A DNA stretch of 51,687 nucleotides from Sulfuritalea sp. (GCA_020048435.1 JAIFMO010000131.1:1-51687); one strand, 5' to 3'. Positions 23,506-35,030 are shown, counted from the first letter of the stretch. The notes: a model not told the origin generated them from the letters alone. A program made the numbers and translations.

Positions 23506-24363
23506 ATGGGTGAAGGATTCATCGTTGTCCTGGCACTGCTGGCCTTCGCGGTCATCACGCTGCTCAAGGGTGTGCGCATCGTGCCGCAAGGCATGGAATG
23601 GATCGTCGAGCGTCTCGGCAAGTATCACGCTACCTTGCATCCGGGCCTCAATATCCTCATTCCCTACCTCGACAATGTAGCCTACCGGCTTGTCACCAAA
23701 GACATCATTCTCGATGTGCAGGAGCAGGAAGTCATCACCAAGGACAACGCGGTGATTCTCATCAACGCCATCGCCTTCATCAAGATCACCGATCCGATCA
23801 AGGCTGTGTATGGCGTGACCGACTTTTCCGAAGCGATCCGCAACATGATCATGACCACGCTGCGCTCCATTGCCGGCGACATGCAACTCGACGAGGCGCT
23901 GACCAGTCGCGATCGCATCAAGGCGAAGCTGCGCGAGGCCATTGCCGACGAGGCCATCGACTGGGGTCTCACCGTCAAGTCGGTCGAGATTCAGGACATC
24001 AAGCCCTCCGAATCGATGGTGCGGGCGATGGAAGCGCAGGCCTCGGCCGAGCGCGAACGCAAGGCGATGGTGACCAAGGCCGAGGGCACCAAGCAGTCGG
24101 CCATCCTCCAGGCCGAAGCGCGCCTCGAAGCCGCGCGTCGCGATGCCGAGGCGCAGGTGACGCTGGCCGACGCCAGCGCCGAGGCAATCAAACGGGTGGC
24201 GCTGGCCATCGGGCCGGGCGACCTGCCGGCGTTCTACCTGCTCGGCGAGAAATACATCGCCGCCATGAGCCGTCTGGCTGATTCGCAGAACGCCAAGACC
24301 ATCGTGTTGCCGGCGGACATTCAGGACACGCTGCGGGGGCTGCTGGGGCGCATCAAGGGGTGA
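23506..24363 (+). CDS. SPFH/band 7 (slipin, QmcA-like) protein
   Basis: IVPQG..WIVERLGKY, QEVITKDNA, AERERKA; ATG after AGGAGGAG. Confidence 0.93.
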   Translation: MGEGFIVVLALLAFAVITLLKGVRIVPQGMEWIVERLGKYHATLHPGLNILIPYLDNVAYRLVTKDIILDVQEQEVITKDNAVILINAIAFIKITDPIKAVYGVTDFSEAIRNMIMTTLRSIAGDMQLDEALTSRDRIKAKLREAIADEAIDWGLTVKSVEIQDIKPSESMVRAMEAQASAERERKAMVTKAEGTKQSAILQAEARLEAARRDAEAQVTLADASAEAIKRVALAIGPGDLPAFYLLGEKYIAAMSRLADSQNAKTIVLPADIQDTLRGLLGRIKG

Positions 24364-24825
24364 GGGCGGGCTACTTGGCTGACAAGGTTTGCTGGATTTC
24401 ATTATTGGCAAGGAAGTTTTTGCCGCAATGCACAGGAATGACTGGGTTATAGCTTTTCGGCAATTGTTCAGTGATGCCACCCTGCCACATGAGACGGTAG
24501 CCTTCAACTCCAGTAAGTGCTTCAGACTGGAACCGGCCATTGGGTGGCGATGGGATGGCATGTAGGTCTATGCTATATGCAAGTTATAGCAACAGTGAAG
24601 TTAACGGCAGCTTACACTTGCAGAACGCACATTGGCCCAACTACCAGAGTGAACAGCAGCTGCTGTAACATTTGGTGGACCGCCGCCCCCAATCGGGGGT
24701 TATAGGGGGAGCTGGATGCCGTTGGCATAATGGTCATCATGAGATTGACTGCCATAAAGCCATTGGATTATTACATGCACTGAGCTGATGGATATACGGC
24801 ACAGACCGATTATTCCCTACGCAAA

Positions 24826-27045
24826 ATGACTATAGAATTTATTTCTGAACAAGAGCGTTCAGTCGTCGAGGCCGAGCAGATTAAGGTCTTTTTTCATGAG
24901 ACTAACGATCAAAACATCGCTGGCGCCGTTGTCCTTAGCCTCGTCGTTTATTTGGTGCATGACGGAATTCCAGCTTGGACGTGGCAGCCGGCATTGCTGT
25001 CGCTCTATACCGTAACCCTTATCCGTGCTTGGCTGATTTGGCAATTCCACCGTGCCCCAACCTACCGCAGTAACGCGCAATGGGGGCGAGGCCAGACAAT
25101 TGCCGGAGGACTGTCCGGGATTTGCTGGGGCTTTGCCAACACTGCGATGCTGGCACATGTCTCGACGGAATTCCAACTCTTCATTCTGACGGTCGTGACA
25201 GTGGCTGCGGCAACAAACGCCTCGGAAGGTTTTTCCTACACACCGCCATCGCGTGCGTTCATTCTTCTGTGTCTCAGCCCAGTAATTCTCTGGCTGCTGA
25301 CTGTCGGCGACCGTTTTCATTACATTTTGGCGTTGTTGCTGGTGATATTCGTACCAATGACCATCATGCAAGGGCAGAAAAGGAATCGGGTTTTTGTCGA
25401 AGCCCAGCAACTTCGTTTCCGCAATGAAGCCTTGGCAAATGAGTTAAAGATACAACGCGATAAGGCTGAACAAGAAGTTACCGAACGCGAGAGCGCCATC
25501 AGGGCGCTTGCTGACGCCAACCGGAGCTTGCGCGAAATCCAGTTCGCCATGGATCGCGTGGGGATTGCTATTCATTGGGTGAATTCCAATACCGGACGAT
25601 TCGTATACGTCAACGAATGTGCTTGTGAAATGCTTGGTTACAAGAAGGAGGAAATGCTGGCCCTTGGTCTGCCGGAGATCGACCCGCATTTTCCATTCGA
25701 AAAGCTCGAAGCAAATATTGTGGCCATCGCGCCGGGTTCGAACAAACGTTTCGAGACAGAAAACCGCCGTAAGGATGGGAGTCTAATTCCCGTCGAAGTG
25801 ACGGTGTACCGACTGCATGACGCGAACGAAGGTTTGAACGACATCATCGGATTCGTCACCGACATGAGTCCGCGCAAGGAAGTCGAGCGCATATTGATTG
25901 CAGCCAAGGAATCGGCCGAAGCAGCCAACCTCGCCAAGTCACGCTTCCTTGCAGCCGCTAGTCACGACTTGCGTCAACCCATACAGGCCATCAATCTGTT
26001 CCAACATTCTTTAGCCAAGACCGGGTTGAACGAAGAGCAGAAACGTATCTGCGATTTCATTGGGCTATCGTCCCAGAACCTCGGAAATCTTCTCGATGCG
26101 TTGCTCGACATATCGAAACTCGACGCCGGAGCTATTACGCCAACGCCAGAAATCATTGATGTCCATGACCTGTTCCAGCGCATTCACGACGAGTTTGCGC
26201 CAATGGCCACAGCGAAGTCCCTGCGATTCAAGCTCTATTTCCCGTTTCGGGAAATGTCATTATTCACTGATGGCAAATTACTTCAGAGCCTGATGAAGAA
26301 TCTTATTGGCAATGCCATCAAGTACACCGAGAGGGGCGGAGTTCTGATCTCGATCCGTCGCCGCAGCGATCAAGCAATCATTCAGGTCTGGGATACCGGT
26401 ATTGGCATAGCGCCAGAACACATGGAAGCGGTCTTCGATGAGTACTTTCAGGTTGGTAATCCCGAGAGGGACAAGGCAAAAGGCCTGGGACTCGGCCTTT
26501 CCATAGCTAAACGAGTGGCCAAATTGCTGAAAACCGACATCGTTTGCCGTTCCCGATTAAGTAAGGGTAGTGTCTTTGAATTCCGTCTGCCGCTCGGAGG
26601 CAAACTGCTGAAACAAGAACACAACCCGTCTGGACAGGCGGCGATCCGAGCGACAACTGTTTCCAGGCTGGCCGGGCGTCGATTTGTAGTGATCGAAGAC
26701 GATGTGATGGTCGCCAAGGCGATTCAGATATCACTGGAGTTGCTGGGGCTGCGGCCTACGACGTATGGCTGTGCTGAGGAGGCAATGTCGGATTCCGAGA
26801 TCGCAAGCGCAGACTATTACGTTTCTGATCTGCGGCTCCCGGGAGTAAATGGAATTGAATTTCTTAATGCGATTCAGCAACGTGTCGCGAGAAATATCCG
26901 GGCCGTCTTGTTGACGGGGGACACATTGCCTGAGCGAATAGAGGTTGCGCAGCGCAGCCGTTGGCCTGTGCTGTTCAAACCAGTTGAGATCGAGGAACTG
27001 TTATCGGCTCTGGAACAGCAGGAGCAGCATGACACGACAAAGTAA
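24826..27045 (+). CDS. Orphan hybrid sensor histidine kinase (TM region-PAS-HisKA-HATPase-REC)
   Basis: AASHDLRQP, NLIGNAIKYT, DTGIGI, GLGLGL, C-terminal receiver (IEDD, DLRLP, FKP). Confidence 0.92.
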   Translation: MTIEFISEQERSVVEAEQIKVFFHETNDQNIAGAVVLSLVVYLVHDGIPAWTWQPALLSLYTVTLIRAWLIWQFHRAPTYRSNAQWGRGQTIAGGLSGICWGFANTAMLAHVSTEFQLFILTVVTVAAATNASEGFSYTPPSRAFILLCLSPVILWLLTVGDRFHYILALLLVIFVPMTIMQGQKRNRVFVEAQQLRFRNEALANELKIQRDKAEQEVTERESAIRALADANRSLREIQFAMDRVGIAIHWVNSNTGRFVYVNECACEMLGYKKEEMLALGLPEIDPHFPFEKLEANIVAIAPGSNKRFETENRRKDGSLIPVEVTVYRLHDANEGLNDIIGFVTDMSPRKEVERILIAAKESAEAANLAKSRFLAAASHDLRQPIQAINLFQHSLAKTGLNEEQKRICDFIGLSSQNLGNLLDALLDISKLDAGAITPTPEIIDVHDLFQRIHDEFAPMATAKSLRFKLYFPFREMSLFTDGKLLQSLMKNLIGNAIKYTERGGVLISIRRRSDQAIIQVWDTGIGIAPEHMEAVFDEYFQVGNPERDKAKGLGLGLSIAKRVAKLLKTDIVCRSRLSKGSVFEFRLPLGGKLLKQEHNPSGQAAIRATTVSRLAGRRFVVIEDDVMVAKAIQISLELLGLRPTTYGCAEEAMSDSEIASADYYVSDLRLPGVNGIEFLNAIQQRVARNIRAVLLTGDTLPERIEVAQRSRWPVLFKPVEIEELLSALEQQEQHDTTK

Positions 27046-27329
27046 TCGCTCAGACCCATGGATGCGAATTTCACGCGGTGATGGTTGAGCGGCTGCTATG
27101 CGCAGCAGACGGGCCATTCCAAATTGACTGAGCCGATGATGGCGTCACCGGAACACCATCCCCCTGTCATGAATCACGAGTGGTGGCCAACACTGCTTTG
27201 CGGGCATAGAGCTTGAAGCCTGGCCGACTCTTCAGCGCACATTGGGGCGGGTGAGTGTTTTCGTCCCAAGATAACGCCTTTCCCTGCAGGATGTCATGCC
27301 GCGTTATCACGACGAATGCTGTGGTGCGT

Positions 27330-28223
27330 TCAGGCGACGAGATCGTTGCGATGTAGCAGGAATATCTTGCCTTCGTCGCTGGCCGTATCGAGCCAGGTCA
27401 GCGGCAGGTCGGGAAAGGCCGCTTCGACGATGTCGCGGTTGTGGCCGACTTCGACGGCCAGCAGACCATCGGGGGTGAGGTGCTTGGCCGCCCTGGCGAG
27501 GATGATGCGCACGATATCGAGGCCATCGGCGCCGGCGGCCAGCGCCAGCGCGGGTTCGCGTCGATATTCCGTCGGTAGCGCCGCCATTGCTTCGGCGGTG
27601 ACATAGGGTGGATTGGAGATAATCAGGTCATAACGGCGCTCACCGAGCTGGTCGAACAGGTCTGAGTGCACCAGATGCACTTGTTCGCCCAGGTCGTAGT
27701 CGGCGACATTGCGTCGGGCCACGTCCAGTGCGTCGATGGAGAGGTCGACAGCGTCGATGTGGGCCGCGGGAAAGGCATGCGCCATCAGGATGGCGAGGCA
27801 GCCCGAGCCGGTGCACAGATCGAGGGCGCTGTCGATAGCCGCCGGATCTGTGATCCAGGGAGAAAAACCTTCATGCAGCAGTTCCGCGAAATAGGAGCGG
27901 GGCACGATGACGCGCTCGTCGACGTAGAAACGGAAGTCGCCGAGCCAGGCTTCGTTGGTCAGATAGGCGGCCGGTAGCCGCCGGGCGATGCGTAGTTGCA
28001 GGATATTGAGCAGGGCCAGGCGTTCGTCGGGCAGCAGTCGCGCGTCGAGGAAAGGCTCCAGTCGGTCGCGCGGCAGGTGCAGCGTGTGCAGGATCAGCCA
28101 GACCGCCTCATCATAGGCGTTGTCGGTGCCGTGGCCGAAGAACAGGCCGGCTTCAGTGAAGCGGCTGACGGCCCAGCGCAGCCAGTCGCGCGGGGTGAGC
28201 AGTGCGTCGACAAGTCCGGGCAT
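27330..28223 (-). CDS. prmB: 50S ribosomal protein L3 N5-glutamine methyltransferase
   Basis: FFGHGTDNAYDEA, VDERVIVPRS, LDLCTGSGC, SNPPY. Confidence 0.96.
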   Translation of the reverse strand: MPGLVDALLTPRDWLRWAVSRFTEAGLFFGHGTDNAYDEAVWLILHTLHLPRDRLEPFLDARLLPDERLALLNILQLRIARRLPAAYLTNEAWLGDFRFYVDERVIVPRSYFAELLHEGFSPWITDPAAIDSALDLCTGSGCLAILMAHAFPAAHIDAVDLSIDALDVARRNVADYDLGEQVHLVHSDLFDQLGERRYDLIISNPPYVTAEAMAALPTEYRREPALALAAGADGLDIVRIILARAAKHLTPDGLLAVEVGHNRDIVEAAFPDLPLTWLDTASDEGKIFLLHRNDLVA

Positions 28224-28237
28224 GTTGGCGGGGCGCG

Positions 28238-29371
28238 TCAGGCCAGCAGGCGCTTCATGACGCCCTGATAGATGTGGGACAGGGGGTCGAGATCGGCGAT
28301 GGCGATGCATTCGTCGATCTTGTGGATGCTCGCGTTGATCGGGCCGAACTCGACGACCTCGGGGCAGATGTCGGCGATGAAGCGGCCGTCCGAGGTGCCG
28401 CCGCTGGTCGATAGTTGCGCTTCGACGCCGGCATGAGCGCTGATTGATTCGGTCAGTGCCGTGACCAGTTTGCCCGGGCGGGTGAGGAAGGGTTTGCCGC
28501 CGAGCGTCCAGGCGATTTCGTAGTCGAGGCCGTGACGGTCGAGCAGGGCATGGACGCGCGCTTGCAGGCCGTCGGGCGTGCTGGCCGTCGAGAAACGGAA
28601 GTTGAACAGAATATCGAAGCTGCCCGGTACCACATTGGTCGCGCCGGTGCCGGCGTGGGCGTTGGAAATCTGGAAACTGGTCGGCGGAAAGAATTCGTTA
28701 CCCTCGTCCCAGCGCGTCGCGGCCAGTTCGGCCAGCGCCGGTACGGCCAGGTGCACCGGGTTTTTCACCTGTTCCGGATAGGCGACGTGGCCCTGAATGC
28801 CGTGCACGACCAGTTTGGCCGACAGCGAACCGCGGCGACCATTTTTGATGGTGTCGCCAAACCTGGTCGCCGAGGTGGGCTCGCCGACGACGCAATAGTC
28901 GATGCTTTCCTTGCGTGCATGCAGCGCCTCGACCACCTTGACGGTACCGTCGATGGCATCGCCTTCCTCATCCGAGGTCAGCAGCAGCGCCAGTGAACCC
29001 TGGTGCAAGGGGTGCAGATGAACGAAACGCTCGGCGGCGACCACGATGGCGGCGAGCGATGATTTCATGTCCGCCGCGCCGCGGCCATAAAGCAGGCCGT
29101 CGCGCGTCGTCGGCTTGAAGGGCGGGCTGGCCCAGCGATCAACGGGGCCGGGCGGTACCACATCGGTGTGGCCGGCGAAGCAGAGCAGAGGGGGGGCATT
29201 GCCGCGCCGCGCCCACAGATTCGACACGCCGCCGCTATCGAATCGCTCCAGGGTGAATCCGATCAATTTCAGGCGTTGCTCGATCAGTTCGAGGCAGCCG
29301 GCATCGGCGGGTGTCACCGACTGCTGTTCGATCAGTTGGCGGGCCAGCGAGAGCGTCGCGCCGTCGCTCAT
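28238..29371 (-). CDS. dapE: Succinyl-diaminopimelate desuccinylase
   Basis: [35 protein letters not shown]. Confidence 0.98.
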   Translation of the reverse strand: MSDGATLSLARQLIEQQSVTPADAGCLELIEQRLKLIGFTLERFDSGGVSNLWARRGNAPPLLCFAGHTDVVPPGPVDRWASPPFKPTTRDGLLYGRGAADMKSSLAAIVVAAERFVHLHPLHQGSLALLLTSDEEGDAIDGTVKVVEALHARKESIDYCVVGEPTSATRFGDTIKNGRRGSLSAKLVVHGIQGHVAYPEQVKNPVHLAVPALAELAATRWDEGNEFFPPTSFQISNAHAGTGATNVVPGSFDILFNFRFSTASTPDGLQARVHALLDRHGLDYEIAWTLGGKPFLTRPGKLVTALTESISAHAGVEAQLSTSGGTSDGRFIADICPEVVEFGPINASIHKIDECIAIADLDPLSHIYQGVMKRLLA

Positions 29372-30537
29372 TGCGCGTCCATGGTGAGGGTGAATTCGGC
29401 GAAGGAGGCGCCGCTCGAAGTAATTTCGGCGCCCTCGGGCGTGGCGTCGACGACCAGTTCCTTCTTGTCTTTTTCCGCCTCGGTATTGTTGATCAGCCAG
29501 TGCAGGTTGTTGGCCGAATCGGCGTTGGCCTTGGCTTCATCCAGCGTGATCACGTTTTCGCGGTAGAGCTTGACCAGCGATTGCTCAAAGGTCTGCGAGC
29601 CTGGCGACATACTTTGATCCATCGCCTCCTTGATGCCGGCCATGTCGCCCTTGTCGATCAGTTCGGCGATATGGCGCGAGTTGAGCATGACCTCGACGGC
29701 GGGAGTACGGGTCGAGTCGGGTTTCTTGACGAGGCGCTGTGAGATAACGCATTTCAGCGTCACCGCCAGGTCGGCCAGCAACGCGGGTCGATTTTCCAGT
29801 GGATAGAAACTGATGATGCGGGATAGCGCGTGGTAGCTGTTGTTGGCGTGCAGTGTCGCGATGCAGAGATGGCCGGACTGGGCGTAGGCGATGGCCATGC
29901 TCATGGTGTCCTTGTCGCGGATTTCGCCGATGAAGATGACGTCGGGCGCCTGCCGCAGGGCATTTTTCAGCGCCACACTAAACGCCTTGGTGTCGTTGCC
30001 CACCTCGCGTTGATTGACGATGGATTTCTTGTTCTTGAAGAGGAATTCGAGCGGATCTTCCAGCGTCAGGATGTGTCCCGTCACATTTTCGTTGCGGTGG
30101 TCGAGCATCGAAGTCAGCGTGGTGGACTTGCCCGAGCCGGTGGCGCCGACCATCAGGACCAGCCCCCGCTTCTCCATGATCACTTCCTTGAGCACGGGCG
30201 GCAGGTTGAGCGTGTCGAATTGGGGAATTTCCACCGGTATGTAGCGTGCAACCATGGCCGGCGTGCCGCGCTGAAAGAAGCAGGAGACGCGATACACGCC
30301 GATGCCCTGGGCCACGACGCGGGTCTGCAATTCCTTTTCCCGTTCGAGTTCAGCCAACAGTTCCGCGCTGAGGATTTCGGACAGCAGATTGCGGACGGTT
30401 GCTACATCGAGCAGGGTCGGGTTGACCGGAATCGCATTACCCAGAATCTTGATGGTGATGGGAGCGCCGACCGATAAAAATAGGTCGGACGCTTTCTTGT
30501 CCGACATCAGCTTGAACAGTTTATCCATCGTTCCCAT
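29368..30537 (-). CDS. pilU: Type IV pilus retraction ATPase, PilT/PilU family (PilU-like)
   Basis: [42 protein letters not shown]. Confidence 0.85.
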   Translation of the reverse strand: MGTMDKLFKLMSDKKASDLFLSVGAPITIKILGNAIPVNPTLLDVATVRNLLSEILSAELLAELEREKELQTRVVAQGIGVYRVSCFFQRGTPAMVARYIPVEIPQFDTLNLPPVLKEVIMEKRGLVLMVGATGSGKSTTLTSMLDHRNENVTGHILTLEDPLEFLFKNKKSIVNQREVGNDTKAFSVALKNALRQAPDVIFIGEIRDKDTMSMAIAYAQSGHLCIATLHANNSYHALSRIISFYPLENRPALLADLAVTLKCVISQRLVKKPDSTRTPAVEVMLNSRHIAELIDKGDMAGIKEAMDQSMSPGSQTFEQSLVKLYRENVITLDEAKANADSANNLHWLINNTEAEKDKKELVVDATPEGAEITSSGASFAEFTLTMDAQ

Positions 30538-30567
30538 GTCAGCTCTCCCTTGCGTTTACCCTTGCGT

Positions 30568-31386
30568 TTAGTCGCGCAACAGTTCGTTGATGGCGGTCTT
30601 GGCGCGGGTCTGCGCATCAACCTTCTTGACGATTACCGCGCAATACAGGCTGTATTTGCCATCGGTCGACGGCAGGTTGCCGCTGACCACCACCGAACCC
30701 GCCGGCACGCGGCCGTAGATGATTTCGCCGGTGGCGCGATCGTAGATTTTGGTGCTCTGGCCGATGAACACGCCCATCGAAATCACGCAGTTGTCCTCGA
30801 CAATGACGCCTTCCACCACTTCCGAGCGGGCGCCGACGAAACAGTTGTCGCCGATGATGGTCGGGTTGGCCTGGACGGGTTCGAGCACGCCGCCGATGCC
30901 AACGCCGCCCGAAAGATGCACGTTCTTGCCGATCTGCGCGCAAGAGCCGACGGTGGCCCAGGTGTCAACCATGGTGCCCTCGTCGATGTGGGCGCCGATG
31001 TTGACGTAGCAGGGCATCAGCACGCAGTTTTTCGCGATGAAACTACCGCGGCGAGCCACGGCTGGCGGCACCACGCGGAAACCGCCTTTTTCGAACTCAT
31101 GGGTGTCGTAGTTGGCAAACTTGGTCGGCACCTTGTCGAAATAGCGCATCGGGCCGTTGTCCATCAGACGGTTGTCTTCGAGGCGGAATGAAATCAGCAC
31201 CGCCTTCTTGATCCACTGATGAGTCACCCACTCGCCATTGATTTTTTCGGCTACACGCAGCTTGCCGTGATCGAGGTCGCTGATGACGTGATCCACCGCC
31301 TCACCGAGAAGTGCGGGGGCGGAGCCGGGTTTGAGATTGGCGCGGTCTTCCCATGCCTCGTCGATGATGCTTTGCAGTTGGTGCAT
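30568..31386 (-). CDS. dapD: Tetrahydrodipicolinate N-succinyltransferase
   Basis: [38 protein letters not shown]. Confidence 0.99.
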   Translation of the reverse strand: MHQLQSIIDEAWEDRANLKPGSAPALLGEAVDHVISDLDHGKLRVAEKINGEWVTHQWIKKAVLISFRLEDNRLMDNGPMRYFDKVPTKFANYDTHEFEKGGFRVVPPAVARRGSFIAKNCVLMPCYVNIGAHIDEGTMVDTWATVGSCAQIGKNVHLSGGVGIGGVLEPVQANPTIIGDNCFVGARSEVVEGVIVEDNCVISMGVFIGQSTKIYDRATGEIIYGRVPAGSVVVSGNLPSTDGKYSLYCAVIVKKVDAQTRAKTAINELLRD

Positions 31387-31416
31387 CTTGTTTTCCTTTT
31401 GTTTAACTGTGTCGAA

Positions 31417-32634
31417 TCAGAGGGAGCGGGAATACATGGCAATGCGTCGCGCCGCTTCAAGGCATTCGTCAAGGCTGGCTACCAGGGCGATGCGCACATA
31501 ATTTTCGCCGGGATTGACGCCACCCGCTTCCCGCGCGAGGAAACTGCCGGGCAGGACGGTCACATTATATTGGTGGTGCAATTCGCGGGCGAATTCGGTG
31601 TCGGACAGGTGCCTTCCTGTCGTTTCCTGAAGGGGTGTTTGGGCCCAGAGGTAGAAACCAGCGTCCGGGACCTCGGTGTCGAGGTATTCCGCCACGATGG
31701 GCGTCACCTGCTGGAATTTTTCGACGTAAAGCCGGCGATTTTCGATCACATGGGCTTCGTCGTTCCATGCGGCTGTCGAGGCGGCCTGCACCGGCGGGCT
31801 CATGGCGCTGCCGTGATAGGTGCGATACAACAAAAATTTGGCGATGAGCCGCGCATCGCCGGCAACGAAACCGGAGCGCAGTCCCGGCACATTGGAGCGC
31901 TTCGACAGGCTGGAGAACATCACCAGGTTCTTGTAGTCGTCGCGGCCGAGTTTGCGCGCTGCCTCAAGTCCACCCAGTGGCTTTGCTGTTTCGTCGAAAT
32001 AAATTTCGGAATAGCACTCGTCGGAGGCGATGACGAAGCCGAAACGATCGGAAAGTTCAAACAGCAATTGCCATGTTTCCAGCGCCATCACCTTGCCGGT
32101 CGGATTGCCGGGCGAGCAGACGAAGAGCAACTGAGTGTGCCGCCAGGTATCGTCGTCGATCGCAGCCAGATCCATCTCGAAATCGTGCTCGTGCAGGATA
32201 TTGATGAAATGCGGCGTGGCTCCGGCCAGCAGCGCGGCGCCTTCGTAGATTTGATAGAAGGGATTGGGGCAAAGTACCCTGGCGCCGGGGCGCGAACCAT
32301 CGACCACCGTCTGGGCGAAGGCGAACAGCGCCTCGCGCGAGCCATTGACGGGCAGTATCTGGGTAGCGGCAGCGGGCGCGGGGATGCCATAACGGCGCGC
32401 GATCCACGCGGCAATGGCCTCGCGTAAGGGGGCCGAACCCTGCGTGGTGGGATAATTCGCCAGCCCGCCCAGATGCCGCGTCAGCGCGGCCACAATGAAG
32501 GCAGGGGTGGCGTGTTGCGGTTCGCCAATGGATAGCTTGATTTCCGTGAACTCGGTCGGCGGCGATATTCCGGCGAACAACTGGCGCAGTTTCTCGAACG
32601 GATAGGGCTGGAGCAGGTCGAGACGTGGATTCAC
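31417..32634 (-). CDS. dapC: Succinyldiaminopimelate transaminase
   Basis: QPYPFEKL, CSPGNPTG, SDECYSE, SSLSKRSNVPGLRSG. Confidence 0.96.
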   Translation of the reverse strand: MNPRLDLLQPYPFEKLRQLFAGISPPTEFTEIKLSIGEPQHATPAFIVAALTRHLGGLANYPTTQGSAPLREAIAAWIARRYGIPAPAAATQILPVNGSREALFAFAQTVVDGSRPGARVLCPNPFYQIYEGAALLAGATPHFINILHEHDFEMDLAAIDDDTWRHTQLLFVCSPGNPTGKVMALETWQLLFELSDRFGFVIASDECYSEIYFDETAKPLGGLEAARKLGRDDYKNLVMFSSLSKRSNVPGLRSGFVAGDARLIAKFLLYRTYHGSAMSPPVQAASTAAWNDEAHVIENRRLYVEKFQQVTPIVAEYLDTEVPDAGFYLWAQTPLQETTGRHLSDTEFARELHHQYNVTVLPGSFLAREAGGVNPGENYVRIALVASLDECLEAARRIAMYSRSL

Positions 32635-32650
32635 GAGAGGAAATGGACGC

Positions 32651-33601
32651 TTGAAAAGCCCGCATTATAGGCCACCCACCCGGGTTGCCGTCGCCTCGCT
32701 GCTGACGGGCGCCCTGGTCTGGGGACTGATCTGGTATCCCTATCGGGTACTCGAAACGGCCGGTCTTCCCGGCGTGCGCGCTTCGGTGCTGACATATCTC
32801 GTGGCACTGGTGCTGGGGCTATTTATTATTCTTCCCCGCCTGCGCGGCGAGCGGCCGTCGTGGTGGCTATTGGCGGTTGGCCTGGCGGCGGCCGGCGGCA
32901 ACATTGGCTATGTGCTGGGAATGCTGCACGGCGAAGTGATGCGCGTGCTGCTGCTGTTTTATCTGGCGCCCTTATGGACCGTGGTGTTGGCGCGCCTGCT
33001 GCTGGGAGAAAGGCCGGGCCGCCTTGGTCTCGTGGTGATTGCCACTTCGCTGGCCGGCGCCGTCACGATGCTGTGGCAACCGCAACTTGGTCTGCCCCTG
33101 CCGAACCAGACGGGGGAATGGCTGGGGCTGGGGGCAGGTTTTCTGTTTGCGCTGACCAACGTGCTGATTCGTCGCACGCCGCAACACGGGATTGAGCTCA
33201 AGGTGATGGTGATATTTTTCAGCACGGTCGTGCTTGGCCTGGCAGCGCTGCCTTTCGAGGCGGCGGGTTGGGGGGGCGGCGCATTGTGGCCGGCATTGGC
33301 CGTGCCGCCAGATACTGACGCCGGGCAAGGGCAGTTTTTGATGCTGGTCGCCATGGTTGTCATGGTTGCCATAATTGGCCTGGTGCTGCTGGCCGTCAAT
33401 CTGGTTGCCCAGTTTGGTCTGACCCACGTTCCAGCCAACCGTGCCATCGTTATTTTTATGGCCGAACTGGCGGTTGCAGCGGTGTCGTCCTGGCTGCTCG
33501 CCGGCGAAGTCATGGGCCCGAATGAATGGCTGGGCGGCACGCTGATCGTTGTCGCCAGCCTGGCCTCGGCCCGCCTGGCGGTAGCAGGCGAAACCGGATA
33601 A
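32651..33601 (+). CDS. EamA/DMT-family transporter (start uncertain)
   Basis: About ten hydrophobic helices in two EamA-like halves; WGLIWYP, LFYLAPLW. Confidence 0.85.
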   Translation: MKSPHYRPPTRVAVASLLTGALVWGLIWYPYRVLETAGLPGVRASVLTYLVALVLGLFIILPRLRGERPSWWLLAVGLAAAGGNIGYVLGMLHGEVMRVLLLFYLAPLWTVVLARLLLGERPGRLGLVVIATSLAGAVTMLWQPQLGLPLPNQTGEWLGLGAGFLFALTNVLIRRTPQHGIELKVMVIFFSTVVLGLAALPFEAAGWGGGALWPALAVPPDTDAGQGQFLMLVAMVVMVAIIGLVLLAVNLVAQFGLTHVPANRAIVIFMAELAVAAVSSWLLAGEVMGPNEWLGGTLIVVASLASARLAVAGETG

Positions 33602-33606
33602 GGCAG

Positions 33607-33632
33607 TGCCGTACCGCTAGCGCCGACTTTTT
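33607..33632 (+). repeat. Dispersed 26-bp motif, perfect copy between convergent genes at the edge of the respiratory cluster
   Basis: TGCCGTACCGCTAGCGCCGACTTTTT. Confidence 0.92.
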
Positions 33633-33683
33633 CAAGCAGTGCCTCGGCTTTCGTCATACCGACACCCGTAGTCGCGGTGGCCT

Positions 33684-35030
33684 TCAGCTTCCTGCTGTCT
33701 TGTCGCTGAACCCGTACTTGTCGATGAGACGGTAGATATGTCGCTCGCTGATGCCCAGAACGGCAGCTGTCTTCAGCCGATTGCCGCCATGCTTGGCCAT
33801 CACTTGGCGCAGATATTCGCGCTCGATCTGCTCAAGATTGGGGTCCTGGCCGAAGCGCAGCACGACTTCACCCTGATTACGCGAAATGAAGGAAAGATGC
33901 TCGACGCGGACGGGATTTCCCGGCCGCGCGAGGATCACGGCGCGCTCGATGGCATTTCTCAGTTCGCGTACATTGCCCGGCCAGTCGTAGGCCAGCAGCA
34001 GTTTGAGCGCCTCGGCCGATAGTGAGGTGGGCACGGTGCGGGTAAGCAGGGCAAGAAAGTGCCGCGCCAGTGGTTCGATATCCTCGCGCCGCTCTCGCAA
34101 CGGTGGAATGGTGATGACAAAACGTGAAAGGCGGAAGTAGAGGTCGCTGCGGAATGTTCCGGCACGGCTCATGGCCTCTATGTCGCGGTTGGTCGCCGTG
34201 ACGAAGCGGACATCGGAACTGAGCGTCTTGTTGCCACCAAGACGACGGAAACTGCTGGTCTCAAGCACACGCAACAATTTGGCCTGGATGGCGGAACCGA
34301 TGTCGCCGATTTCGTCGAGGAAGAGCGTGCTACCGGCCGCTTCCTCGATCAGACCTTTCTTTTGCCGGTCGGCGCCGGTGAAGGCGCCGCGTTCATGGCC
34401 GAAGAGCTCAGACTCGAACAGACTTTCCTGCAAGCCACTGCCGTCGATGGGTACCAGTTCACGCTGTGCGCGCGGACTGCGTTCATGAATCGCCTGGGCA
34501 ACCATTTCCTTGCCGGTGCCCGATTCGCCGAGGATCAGCACCGTGGTATCGGTAGGCCCGACGGCGTCGATCATCGTTTGCACTTCGCGCATCGCCCAGC
34601 TTTCGAACACCATCGGTCCAGGCCGGTGCGATGCTAACTGGGTACGGTAGAAGCGGTTGGATTCTCTCAGTTCCGCGGTTTCGAGTACCCGCCGCACAGT
34701 CAGCTCCAATTCGTCGAGATTAACCGGTTTGGTCAGAAAATCGGCGGCACCCTCGCGAATGGCGCTGACGGCGTTGGGTATCGAACCGTAGCCGGTAAGG
34801 ACGATAACCGGGTACTGGTTGCGTATCTCGCCGAGAATCCTCGATGCATCGCTATCCGGTAGTTTGAAATCGAGGATGATGGCGTTGGGCTCGATTTCGC
34901 CAAGCCGCTGCTGCGCCTCGGCCCAGGAGCCGGCACCGAGCGTGGCGAAGCCCATGGACTCGATCTGTCGCCGCAGCAGGCCGTTAAAGACGGCATCGTC
35001 ATCGACGATCAGCAGAGTTTTCTTCTTCAT
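33684..35030 (-). CDS. Sigma54-dependent response regulator (NtrC/AtoC family)
   Basis: REC (IVDDD, LDFKLP), GESGTGKE, GAFTGA, WPGNVREL, Fis-type HTH. Confidence 0.96.
   Translation of the reverse strand: MKKKTLLIVDDDAVFNGLLRRQIESMGFATLGAGSWAEAQQRLGEIEPNAIILDFKLPDSDASRILGEIRNQYPVIVLTGYGSIPNAVSAIREGAADFLTKPVNLDELELTVRRVLETAELRESNRFYRTQLASHRPGPMVFESWAMREVQTMIDAVGPTDTTVLILGESGTGKEMVAQAIHERSPRAQRELVPIDGSGLQESLFESELFGHERGAFTGADRQKKGLIEEAAGSTLFLDEIGDIGSAIQAKLLRVLETSSFRRLGGNKTLSSDVRFVTATNRDIEAMSRAGTFRSDLYFRLSRFVITIPPLRERREDIEPLARHFLALLTRTVPTSLSAEALKLLLAYDWPGNVRELRNAIERAVILARPGNPVRVEHLSFISRNQGEVVLRFGQDPNLEQIEREYLRQVMAKHGGNRLKTAAVLGISERHIYRLIDKYGFSDKTAGS

Noticed and set aside
6367-24561. Long antisense ORFs (for example 6367..7377, 16978..18267, 23254..24561)
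   Set aside because: Shadow ORFs opposite well-supported genes, as expected in high-GC DNA.
30547-30570. 12-bp tandem duplication CCCTTGCGTTTA at the dapD stop
   Set aside because: A single short duplication with no evident effect.
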